A model generated the notes under the pieces. That model did no database searches, had not been told where the DNA came from, and saw nothing but the letters and a program-made list of their open reading frames with translations. Below are positions 1-8,173 of a stretch of DNA of 53,792 nucleotides, one piece after another. Position 1 is the stretch's first letter, and each line of letters starts with the position of its first letter. This DNA is from Euryarchaeota archaeon UBA124 (GTDB lineage: Archaea > Thermoplasmatota > Poseidoniia > Poseidoniales > Poseidoniaceae): positions 1 through 53,792 of the forward strand of contig DAPT01000102.1 of the NCBI GenBank assembly GCA_002502215.1, written 5' to 3'. The translations under genes were made by a program, and so were the position numbers.

Positions 1-1
1 A

Positions 2-241
2 AATTTTCTTGTTTTTACGGGTCGTTTCTGCGGGTATTGCACGGCCGCTACGCGATTGTTGACGCGAAAAAATCTCCCATTTGTGGAAATCTCGTTTGAG
101 AAGCACCCTCCCGAACTGAGAGACGAAGTGGTTCAGGCTACGATGCATCGCACCGTTCCTGTGATTTTCGATGTACGCGGAGAAGATCGGATCTTCATCG
201 GAGGATTTGATGAACTGAGTAAATATCCACTCAATGAATGA
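2..241 (+). CDS. Glutaredoxin (5' end cut by window edge)
   Basis: Frame 2 is open from nt 2. Translation NFLVFTGRFCGYCTAA...TVPVIF...IGGFDEL has a CxxC (CGYC) active site and the TVP / GG motifs of the glutaredoxin fold. The ORF track shows only the part after an internal TTG (56..241). Confidence 0.8.
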   Translation, partial: NFLVFTGRFCGYCTAATRLLTRKNLPFVEISFEKHPPELRDEVVQATMHRTVPVIFDVRGEDRIFIGGFDELSKYPLNE

Positions 242-836
242 GGTCGTTGAGCCAATCTTTGAGCACATCGTGATGCTCTGTCGGAATCATATGTCCCTTT
301 TCGTGCTCAACCAACTCAACGCTCCAACCAGCAGCCTCAAACAAGTGGGCAACAGCCCATCCATCTTCGATTGGAACACGCACATCTCGGACACCATGCA
401 TCCAAAACATTCGCTTTTCATCAAGCTCTTCGAGCCGAAGGCGGAGTTCCATTGGGCGAACCAGTCGGGTTCCTAACGCCACAATTCCTGCAATTCGATG
501 TGCGAGAGGAAGTTGCAACATTTCTTGCGCCATTGCTCCGCCTTGAGAAAAACCACCGACGATGAGAGGCCCCATGGGTGCTTCTTCTGCAATGAGTTTT
601 TCCAATTGCGACAGAGATGAATCAACATCCATGAGTTCTTTTCGAGAAAGTTGCAGCCTCCTTGTCACATCAGGGTTCTCATCTTCGTATCGCCACCATG
701 TCTTTCCACGACGGGGGTGGTTAAACCGGGCATCTGGAACCAACAAAGTCCAGCCCTCAGGTAAGATTTTCTCGGCAAATGGACGCATCATTTCAGCCGT
801 TCCGGTCATACCGTGCATCATGATAAGAGTCGGCAT
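231..836 (-). CDS. Alpha/beta hydrolase, phospholipase/carboxylesterase-like
   Basis: GFSQGGAM nucleophile elbow (GxSxG) with C-terminal Asp and His (VRDVRVP, EKGHMI). Start moved to ATG 836 (MPTLIMMHG) because a TGAGGTGA Shine-Dalgarno lies 5 nt upstream. The ORF track start at 869 overlaps the upstream gene. Confidence 0.8.
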   Translation of the reverse strand: MPTLIMMHGMTGTAEMMRPFAEKILPEGWTLLVPDARFNHPRRGKTWWRYEDENPDVTRRLQLSRKELMDVDSSLSQLEKLIAEEAPMGPLIVGGFSQGGAMAQEMLQLPLAHRIAGIVALGTRLVRPMELRLRLEELDEKRMFWMHGVRDVRVPIEDGWAVAHLFEAAGWSVELVEHEKGHMIPTEHHDVLKDWLNDLIH

Positions 837-841
837 CTCAG

Positions 842-849
842 TCACCTCA
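842..849 (-). promoter_or_regulatory. Stop-fused Shine-Dalgarno (TGAGGTGA) before the hydrolase gene
   Basis: Reverse complement TGAGGTGA. The TGA is the stop of 847..1812. Then CTGAG and ATG 836. Confidence 0.7.
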
Positions 850-1812
850 AAGTGTCCATTGGAACACAAGTGCTCCAGCGACCTTGAGGTGTATGTAGGA
901 GGAAGGACCTCGTACTGTTACAGTTAACGAATAATCCCCTGAATTTGAAGGAATCGTACCTATTGCACCCTTCTCTGTGGCTCCTGAGCCCCATGCACGA
1001 GTAAGTGGAGATGCACCAGCATGATCCTTCATTGTCAAGGAACCTGAGCCTCCACCCGAGGCGATTTCAACGTCAAGGTACCAAACCAATGTGTCCCAGT
1101 CTCCTTCGGACGGATGACCTGAATCAAGGAAGGAATCATAAATTTCTTGATCGTTTTCTTCGTACATGCGATCGATGAGGTCTCTTGCTCGATAAAAGAA
1201 GACGTCGCCATCGTAGGCAGGACGAGCAATGTTTAGATCCATTCGAAGTTGAATCGTACCCTCGCTGTCTCGCCAAACAAGACGTTCGAGAAATCCATTG
1301 CTGCCACTGAATGTGTACGACAATTCGTGACCTTCTGACGAGTCAGCTTCGACTCGAGCATTCCCATTGTTAAGGGAGATTGTCGATGCGTCCCACTCCT
1401 GACCCAAGAGGGTAAACGACCAAGAATCACCAACCATCCAAGGGAACGAGAAAACTTCCTGTGGCTCGCCGTTTTCATAAACTGCAAGGGCATCAATGGT
1501 CATCCGACCAAGAAACGGATTGTGATTGATAACAGCATGCCGCTGAGCTTCACGTTCCGACGATATTCCGAGAATGTACTCGCCAGAAGCATTGTCAATC
1601 TCAGCGACGACGAGCCGAGCGCTGTCTTCTCCAAACTGAGGTGTGATGAAGGTATAGAGCCAATTTTGTCCAACTGTCCATTCAGGAAGGAGCTTTTCGT
1701 CTTCCGTCATACCGTTGCTTGAATCCGACGAGGCATCGTTCGTCGTGCAGCCTGCAAGGCTCATGCAGAGCAATAATGCAACCAAAAAGAGGCTACGATG
1801 CATTGCTTGCAT
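847..1812 (-). CDS. Secreted lipoprotein, function unknown
   Basis: N-terminal signal peptide ending in the lipobox LAGC (MQAMHRSLFLVALLLCMSLAGCTT). No recognisable catalytic motif. Confidence 0.6.
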   Translation of the reverse strand: MQAMHRSLFLVALLLCMSLAGCTTNDASSDSSNGMTEDEKLLPEWTVGQNWLYTFITPQFGEDSARLVVAEIDNASGEYILGISSEREAQRHAVINHNPFLGRMTIDALAVYENGEPQEVFSFPWMVGDSWSFTLLGQEWDASTISLNNGNARVEADSSEGHELSYTFSGSNGFLERLVWRDSEGTIQLRMDLNIARPAYDGDVFFYRARDLIDRMYEENDQEIYDSFLDSGHPSEGDWDTLVWYLDVEIASGGGSGSLTMKDHAGASPLTRAWGSGATEKGAIGTIPSNSGDYSLTVTVRGPSSYIHLKVAGALVFQWTL

Positions 1813-1858
1813 GTCTTGGCCTATCGACCCCTGTTCAAGAGGCTAACGCTTGAGGAAC

Positions 1859-3961
1859 TCAGAGAAGTCCCTTCTCGGTTAGTTTACCAGTTCCTGCCAT
1901 TACAACTGCAACGATGGACATCAACTTGATCAGAATGTTGAGCGATGGACCAGAAGTGTCCTTGAATGGGTCACCGATGGTGTCACCGATAACGGCCGCA
2001 TCGTGAGCATCATCGCCCTTCTTTGCACCTGGAATGTGATTTTGTTCAATCGCTTTCTTTGCGTTGTCCCAGGCTCCACCAGCGTTGGCCATGAAGAGTG
2101 CCATGAGAACGCCCGTAACCAGGGAACCTGCGAGAAGACCGCCTAGAGCGTTCCAACCGAGTATGTATCCTACGATGACTGGGGCTACAATTGCCACAAC
2201 GCCTGGTCCGACCATTTCACGAAGAGCAGCCTTTGTCGAGATGTCAACACAAGTTTGTGAATCTGGCTTTACACCCTCTTTGCCCTCAAGGAGTCCGGGG
2301 ATTTCCTTGAATTGACGTCGAATTTCAACAACCATGTCACCGGCAGCCTTTCCAACCGAAGTCATGGTCATTGCAGCGACAACGAATGGTAGCCCGCCAC
2401 CAATGAGTAAGCCAATGACGACCATCGGTTCTGTGAGTTCAAGATTGAGGAGGGAGGCGCCAGTTGTGGCATCTGTACCTATCGCTGCCGTATATGCTGC
2501 AAACAGTGCGAGAGCAGTGAGAGCAGCAGATCCGATTGCGAATCCTTTACCGACTGCTGCAGTCGTGTTTCCGATTGAATCAAGTTCATCTGTGATTGCG
2601 CGAACATCTTCTCCAAGACCACTCATCTCTGCAATTCCACCAGCATTGTCTGCAACGGGACCGTATGCGTCTACCGTCATGGTGACACCAACTGTTCCAA
2701 GCATACCCATTGCAGCCATTGCAATACAATACAAGCCGTGATCGGCACCACCAAATTCGTTGGCTCCAAGAATACCGAGAGAGATTAAAACAACTGGTAT
2801 GAATGTGGACATCATACCAACCGACAATCCTGCGATTGCGTTTGTAGCGGGCCCAGTCTTGGACATTTCGCCAATGTGAGGGATTGCTTTTGTCTTAATT
2901 CCAAAGACAGGTTCGATACCGGTGTAGTATTCTGTCACGAGTCCAATGAGGATTCCGATTACGCTTCCAAGAACAACGGAGTGCATGATGCCGTATTCTA
3001 CTTCGATGAGACCTTGCTGGATTGCGAGATAACCACCTGCCCAGAACAAAGCAGCTGCAATAAATGTGGTATTTCGCAGAGCCGCTGCTGGGTCATTCCC
3101 ATTCTTGAGGAAGGTCATGGAGAATACACCAATGATTGATGCTGTGTATCCGATGAATCCGAGTAGGATTGGGAGAAGAACGTAGTCGCTGGTGTTCGTA
3201 CCAGTGAAATCGTTTGCAATGATCATAGCCGCAATAATTGAACCAACAAAGGATTCGAAGATGTCTGCACCCATTCCAGCAACGTCACCAACGTTATCAC
3301 CGACGTTGTCAGCAATAACACCTGGGTTGCGTGGGTCGTCTTCTGGTATACCTGCTTCGACCTTACCGACGAGATCTGCCCCGACGTCTGCTGCCTTGGT
3401 GTAAATTCCGCCACCAACACGAGCAAAGAGAGCGATGGATGAGGCACCCATTCCAAACCCTGCAGCTGCACTAACAGGGTTCATGGTACCATCAGTTGCA
3501 GTTTCTCCTGCATTTAGCCAGAAGGCGATCAGAGAAATACCTAGTAGACCGAGTCCACCTACGGACAATCCCATTACTGCTCCACCGTTGTATGAAACTG
3601 CGAGTGCTCCTGCTTGACCGTCATTCTTCGCAGCCATTGCAGTTCGACCGTTTGCCGAAGTTGCAGCACGCATACCAGAGAATCCAGCGAGAACGGATGC
3701 GATTGCACCAGCGAAGAATGCAATTGCTGTTTCAATGTCGTTGAGCCATGCCAATACAGCACCTACGACAACGACAAAGATCGTCAATATACGGTATTCT
3801 GCAAAGAGGAACGCCATTGCTCCCTTTTGAATTTCGTCTGTGATATCTGCAACAACTTCGTTGTCGATATTTACTTTCTTAACTTGGCCGTATAGGTAAA
3901 AGGCAATCAAAAGCCCAACGGCTCCTGCACTTGCTGCAATCAACGGTATATTTTCCATCAT
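1859..3961 (-). CDS. hppA: Membrane-bound pyrophosphate-energised cation pump (H+/Na+-PPase)
   Basis: Multi-TM protein with the diagnostic motifs [44 protein letters not shown] and [26 protein letters not shown] 3961 is preceded by AGGTG (3968..3972) at 6 nt. The track start 3970 is a GTG. Confidence 0.97.
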   Translation of the reverse strand: MMENIPLIAASAGAVGLLIAFYLYGQVKKVNIDNEVVADITDEIQKGAMAFLFAEYRILTIFVVVVGAVLAWLNDIETAIAFFAGAIASVLAGFSGMRAATSANGRTAMAAKNDGQAGALAVSYNGGAVMGLSVGGLGLLGISLIAFWLNAGETATDGTMNPVSAAAGFGMGASSIALFARVGGGIYTKAADVGADLVGKVEAGIPEDDPRNPGVIADNVGDNVGDVAGMGADIFESFVGSIIAAMIIANDFTGTNTSDYVLLPILLGFIGYTASIIGVFSMTFLKNGNDPAAALRNTTFIAAALFWAGGYLAIQQGLIEVEYGIMHSVVLGSVIGILIGLVTEYYTGIEPVFGIKTKAIPHIGEMSKTGPATNAIAGLSVGMMSTFIPVVLISLGILGANEFGGADHGLYCIAMAAMGMLGTVGVTMTVDAYGPVADNAGGIAEMSGLGEDVRAITDELDSIGNTTAAVGKGFAIGSAALTALALFAAYTAAIGTDATTGASLLNLELTEPMVVIGLLIGGGLPFVVAAMTMTSVGKAAGDMVVEIRRQFKEIPGLLEGKEGVKPDSQTCVDISTKAALREMVGPGVVAIVAPVIVGYILGWNALGGLLAGSLVTGVLMALFMANAGGAWDNAKKAIEQNHIPGAKKGDDAHDAAVIGDTIGDPFKDTSGPSLNILIKLMSIVAVVMAGTGKLTEKGLL

Positions 3962-4111
3962 TATGTACACCTGTGCTTCGCCCGACCTGAGAACCCCTCA
4001 TAAGAGATTCCCTGCGACGACAGGCTTGAACCGCTAGTTTTTGCCCTCTATTCCTTACGCCGAGGCCCTCCACAACCAATCGTTGAAAGAGGTGGACGCT
4101 TTGGGTGCATC

Positions 4112-4429
4112 ATGGGCATCAGTGCGGAAGAGATCCTCGCCGAGATTGGCCCTGTTCAAGAGATACTTGATGAGCATGATGGCGTGGTGACCGTGCTTGA
4201 CACAAGCGAAGGCAACATCATGCTCTCCTTGGATGGAGGTTGCACTGGCTGCTCCTCAACACCGATGACGGCTATGCAAATTTACTACTCACTCAAGAAA
4301 CTGGACGCCGTCAACGATGTGATCTTCGTGAACGGTGAATTACCGGAGTACATGCGTACCTTCATCAATCAAAAAATGGAAAAAGAAGCCGCTGAGTCGA
4401 CCGAAGAAGAACCCGGTGAGATTCTCTGA
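4112..4429 (+). CDS. NifU/Nfu-like Fe-S cluster scaffold domain protein
   Basis: About 100 aa with the GGCTGCSSTPMT motif (CxxC followed by ..T), typical of the NifU C-terminal/Nfu domain. Confidence 0.7.
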   Translation: MGISAEEILAEIGPVQEILDEHDGVVTVLDTSEGNIMLSLDGGCTGCSSTPMTAMQIYYSLKKLDAVNDVIFVNGELPEYMRTFINQKMEKEAAESTEEEPGEIL

Positions 4430-4792
4430 TTACTCTTCCTCAACGTTTCGGCCAATGCTGTGTGGGTTGGCTCCAAATGAAACATTTTGACCCTTTATGT
4501 TCATTCGAGCTGCTATCGCCAAGACAATGCATACGATTGAAAGCGGACGTGGAAGATAGTTCGATCCCCACAACGAGCCTCCTGCTAGTGAAAGCCACCA
4601 CAACGACGCTGCGGCAAGGAGAAGTGTCGTGAAGATGATGTTCTGTACCAATAATTCTGCCCTTTCAGAGCGTGAGAAGGTTGCAACAAACATGAACAAA
4701 ACAGCAGAAATACCGCAGAACGATTGGACGAGGATGGATATGAATTCAACCTCGACCATGATTTGACCAAACGCAGGGGGTTTTTGAAACAA
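4430..4792 (-). CDS. Small integral membrane protein, unknown function
   Basis: Three to four hydrophobic helices. Its stop directly abuts the nifU-like stop. The start is uncertain (alternative internal Met codons). Confidence 0.45.
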   Translation of the reverse strand: MFQKPPAFGQIMVEVEFISILVQSFCGISAVLFMFVATFSRSERAELLVQNIIFTTLLLAAASLWWLSLAGGSLWGSNYLPRPLSIVCIVLAIAARMNIKGQNVSFGANPHSIGRNVEEE

Positions 4793-4834
4793 CCACTTGC
4801 CATCCTTTTTGAGTCGTGGACACTAGAATATGTC

Positions 4835-6778
4835 ATGGCAGGCAGTGCATTCACACTCCCAAGGGCACGTCCAAGCGGAGCACCTTATTTTTCTCGCAAT
4901 CAAGTCGCAGCAGTTTTGCACCAGGTTGCTGTCTTGCTCGAACTACAGGGAGCCAACGTCTTTCGTGTTCGCTCGTACCAAAACGGAAGTCGCTTAATCG
5001 GTACCTTGACCGAGGACTTGCACGAACTAGTCGTCACAGGTCGATTGTTTGAGATGAAAGGAATCGGAAAAGGCCTCGGTTCAGCACTCTCGCAAGCGGT
5101 TCTTGAGGGAAAGTGGCCAGAGGATTGGGTACGATTGCATGAGGAAACACCTCAAGGAATGATCGAGATGCTTGGTATACCAGGCCTTGGACCAAAACGT
5201 ATCAAATTGATGCACGAGGAACTTGGTGTGGATTCCGTTGCAAGCCTCAAAGAAGCTGCTCAGCAAGGCCGAATTGCTCCAATGAAAGGTTTTGGAAAAA
5301 AGTCTGAGCAACGCATGCTCGATGGAATTGAACTGCTGTCGCGGTTTCGCGCACGGCGCCGTTTGGACATTGGACTGAAATACGGAACTGCTTTTGAGCA
5401 ACGCATTAAGTCGATTCAAGGTGTTCAACGAGTTCAACTCGCAGGAAGCGCTCGCCGTCGCAAGGAAACAATTGGTGACTTGGATATCGTTGTTGGTGTC
5501 GACTCAGAGCATCACGATGATGTTGCATCCGCCATTCTCGCTTTGCAAGGAATCGCTGATGTAAAAGGGGCCGGAGATTCAAAAATCAGTCTCATTCTCG
5601 AAGCGAGTATTTTCGAAGATGGTTTTTCGGTCGGACATATTGATGCGAATGTGCTTGATGCAATTGGTGGAGACGATTACGAACAATTGGAGAGCGCCGG
5701 CACGATTGATGCACAGGTTCGTTTGGTTCCTCCGGAGATGTTTGCCTTTACTTTGGCTTACTTCACTGGAAGCAAAGAACACAACATAGCGATGCGACAG
5801 CGTGCGATTGATCGAGGACTTCGATTGAATGAATTCGGATTAATTCCCGAAGAAAAAGCAGGAGCATTGAAAGGAATTGAAGCAGCACAATACTCGTTGT
5901 CGGCAATGACAGAGCAGGAAATCTATTCTCACCTCGACCTACAGTGGGTTCCCCCTGAATTGCGAGAGGATACAGGTGAAATTCAGTCTGGGAGCGAACA
6001 CAATCTTCCACAACTCTTGGAACTCGATGCAATTCAAGGTGCACTCCACAACCACACAGTTGTATCGGATGGTGAAGCAACTCTGGAACAAATGGCTGAT
6101 GCTGCACAAGCAATGGGTTGGTCTTGGCTCGGTATTGCGGACCATTCTCCTACGTTGAAGATTGCAAACGGAGCACCAGCTGAACGTTTGCTTGAGCAAG
6201 GTCAGAAAATCCGAGATTACAACCAAAACTGGCAGGATGAAGGGGTAAATTTCAGATTGTTTCACGGTGTCGAGTCTGATATTCTTGCAGGAGGAAAATT
6301 GGACCATCCTGATGAAGTCCTCAACCAACTGGATTACGTTGTCGCTTCGGTTCATGCTATGACGAAATGGCGCGGTCGAGACGAAAGCGAAAATACGGAA
6401 GAATTGTTGAAAGTACTGGATCATCCAGCGACCAAGGTTCTCGGACACCCAACGGGTCGTATTCTTCAAGGACGAGAAGGCTATGAAGTCGATGTGCATC
6501 GACTGGTCGATGCTATGGCGGAACACATTCAAGATGGCCGGTTCAAATCGATCGAATTGAATGCAAGCCCATACCGTTTGGACATTGATTATCGTCTCTG
6601 CAAATATGCAAAACTGATGGGTGTTCCGGTAGCGATTAGCCCGGATGCACATTCAACACGAGGATTAGCTGACATCCAGTATGGCGTCATGACTGCACGG
6701 AAAGGATGGCTGGAACCAAACGACATCATCAATTCCATGAGTTCTGATGCTTTAGCACAGCAATTGTCGCTTCATTGA
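4835..6778 (+). CDS. polX: Family X DNA polymerase with C-terminal PHP (histidinol-phosphatase-like) domain
   Basis: HhH repeats (GIGKGLG, GIPGLGPKR), Pol-beta nucleotidyltransferase motif GSARRRKETIGDLDIVV and PHP motif LHNHTVVSDG...GIADHSP. ATG 4835 is preferred over the track start 4724, which overlaps the opposite-strand gene 4430..4792. Confidence 0.93.
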   Translation: MAGSAFTLPRARPSGAPYFSRNQVAAVLHQVAVLLELQGANVFRVRSYQNGSRLIGTLTEDLHELVVTGRLFEMKGIGKGLGSALSQAVLEGKWPEDWVRLHEETPQGMIEMLGIPGLGPKRIKLMHEELGVDSVASLKEAAQQGRIAPMKGFGKKSEQRMLDGIELLSRFRARRRLDIGLKYGTAFEQRIKSIQGVQRVQLAGSARRRKETIGDLDIVVGVDSEHHDDVASAILALQGIADVKGAGDSKISLILEASIFEDGFSVGHIDANVLDAIGGDDYEQLESAGTIDAQVRLVPPEMFAFTLAYFTGSKEHNIAMRQRAIDRGLRLNEFGLIPEEKAGALKGIEAAQYSLSAMTEQEIYSHLDLQWVPPELREDTGEIQSGSEHNLPQLLELDAIQGALHNHTVVSDGEATLEQMADAAQAMGWSWLGIADHSPTLKIANGAPAERLLEQGQKIRDYNQNWQDEGVNFRLFHGVESDILAGGKLDHPDEVLNQLDYVVASVHAMTKWRGRDESENTEELLKVLDHPATKVLGHPTGRILQGREGYEVDVHRLVDAMAEHIQDGRFKSIELNASPYRLDIDYRLCKYAKLMGVPVAISPDAHSTRGLADIQYGVMTARKGWLEPNDIINSMSSDALAQQLSLH

Positions 6779-6815
6779 AGCAACAGTTCTTCAATGAGAG
6801 CAGGGTCGTTTATCC

Positions 6816-7022
6816 ATGCGACTAACAAGAACACTCATTATGGGGACGCTGATGGTAATCCCAGGATTGTTTCTAGGCTTGCTGTTGTGGATACTGATCG
6901 GTCAACCACAAGACGGTGAATCCCCAATCATCGAAGCACTTGTTTGCAATGCAATCCCTCTCGCGAGCATCACCTCTGGTTTGTTCTTTGGTTGGGTGAC
7001 CGGCTCAGAGTACGCTGAATAG
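6816..7022 (+). CDS. Small two-TM membrane protein
   Basis: 68 aa with two hydrophobic helices. Fits exactly between polX and nth, and its TAG stop is fused to the SD of nth. Confidence 0.45.
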   Translation: MRLTRTLIMGTLMVIPGLFLGLLLWILIGQPQDGESPIIEALVCNAIPLASITSGLFFGWVTGSEYAE

Positions 7023-7026
7023 GTGG
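7021..7026 (+). promoter_or_regulatory. Stop-fused Shine-Dalgarno (TAGGTGG) before nth
   Basis: TAG stop (7020..7022) overlaps AGGTGG, followed by TTGG and ATG 7031. Confidence 0.6.
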
Positions 7027-7030
7027 TTGG

Positions 7031-7702
7031 ATGAAGCGCAAGGAAAAAGCCGAGCGCATCCAAGGTATGCTTGAAGAACTGTATCCAGAAACCCCTGTAC
7101 CACTTGACCATGAGACGCCGTTTCAACTCCTCATTGCTGTACTCATGAGTGCGCAAACAACCGATTTGAAAGTAAATCAGGTCACACCCGAATTGTTCAA
7201 ACACGGCCCAACTCCAAAAAAAATGGCCCGTTTGGAGGTCTCTCAGATTCAATCGATGATTCGAGAGGTTGGTCTTGCACCTACCAAGGCCAAGAACATT
7301 CGACGTTTATCTGAGCTCCTTCTCGAGCGACATCAAGGAGAAATACCAAACACGTTTGAAGAACTTGAAGCACTTCCTGGCGTTGGTCACAAGACTGCTG
7401 GTGTCGTTCTCGCTCAGGCTTTTGGGATACCTGCATTTCCTGTTGATACACACATTCACAGACTCGCTGCACGTTGGGGATTATCCAACGGCAAGAACGT
7501 TGACCAGACTGAAAAAGATCTCAAGGCAGTGTTTCCAAAGAATGCTTGGAATGCCCTTCACTTGCAAATCATCTTTTTTGGACGTGAATATTGTCCTGCC
7601 CGATATCACGATTTGTCACAATGTCCAATTTGCTCTTGGGCTGCAACAAAAAAACGAATCAAAAATGAGGCGAGAATGAACAAACCAAAGAAATCAAAGT
7701 GA
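7031..7702 (+). CDS. nth: Endonuclease III (bifunctional DNA glycosylase/AP lyase)
   Basis: HhH-GPD motif LPGVGHKTAGVVL (catalytic Lys) and VDTHIHRLAARWGL (catalytic Asp). The C-terminal Cys cluster is present but non-canonical (see findings). Confidence 0.93.
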   Translation: MKRKEKAERIQGMLEELYPETPVPLDHETPFQLLIAVLMSAQTTDLKVNQVTPELFKHGPTPKKMARLEVSQIQSMIREVGLAPTKAKNIRRLSELLLERHQGEIPNTFEELEALPGVGHKTAGVVLAQAFGIPAFPVDTHIHRLAARWGLSNGKNVDQTEKDLKAVFPKNAWNALHLQIIFFGREYCPARYHDLSQCPICSWAATKKRIKNEARMNKPKKSK

Positions 7703-8137
7703 AATGCTCAGGTTAAATCCAGAACCAAGCATTTGCAACAACATGACTGTTCCTAAAATAAGTAAGGTAATTCGCAGCGCAGGCGTTGTTGTATCCTCAT
7801 CGTATGCTTCACGAACAAATGCGTAACCAATAAGTCCAACACCAGTCATCGCAATCATCGTAGCAAGGGTGTCCATAACTCGTTCAAAGTCGTTGTAAGA
7901 TTCAGTATCTTGGTTAAAGTTCCTGGGATAATTCTCATCGCTTGAATCGTAATCAATTGCTGCCGGTGGTCCTGTAAAATCAGGTAGGACGCTGATCAAT
8001 CCTGCAATGAGTATGAGGATAACTCCAATCATGAGAAATTTGTGTAAGGAAAACAATCCGCCACTCAACATCGCTTGTTGCGGTGGATGATACATGTTCG
8101 TCGCAGGTGGGCTAGCTTGTTGTGCGGGTGGTTGCAT
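7694..8137 (-). CDS. Membrane protein with Pro/Gln-rich N-terminus; last gene of the archaellum-strand chain
   Basis: 147 aa: MQPPAQQASPPATNMYHPPQQ followed by three hydrophobic helices. It starts 36 nt downstream of the arlJ stop on the same strand. Confidence 0.5.
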   Translation of the reverse strand: MQPPAQQASPPATNMYHPPQQAMLSGGLFSLHKFLMIGVILILIAGLISVLPDFTGPPAAIDYDSSDENYPRNFNQDTESYNDFERVMDTLATMIAMTGVGLIGYAFVREAYDEDTTTPALRITLLILGTVMLLQMLGSGFNLSISL

Positions 8138-8159
8138 GTTACCACAATCGACAACGAGG

Positions 8160-8167
8160 CATATACT
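8160..8167 (-). promoter_or_regulatory. Possible internal TATA box for the 147-aa gene downstream of arlJ
   Basis: Minus strand reads AAAAAGAGTATATG followed by 22 nt and then ATG 8137. The spacing matches the tbp promoter. Confidence 0.35.
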
Positions 8168-8173
8168 CTTTTT

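Noticed and set aside
3971-4111. The 141-nt divergent spacer as a possible tRNA or small RNA (contains GGTTCAAGCC, a T-loop-like string on the minus strand)
   Set aside because: The flanking bases do not form a T-stem, and no acceptor/anticodon cloverleaf could be built by eye. The spacer more likely holds the two promoters and the hppA 5' leader.
4724-4834. N-terminal extension of polX given by the ORF track
   Set aside because: It overlaps the opposite-strand membrane gene (4430..4792) and adds residues not typical of PolX. ATG 4835 is the more parsimonious start.
5939-6652. 237-aa minus-strand ORF inside polX
   Set aside because: The opposite strand encodes clear PolX/PHP motifs throughout. 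The antisense translation has no recognisable features.
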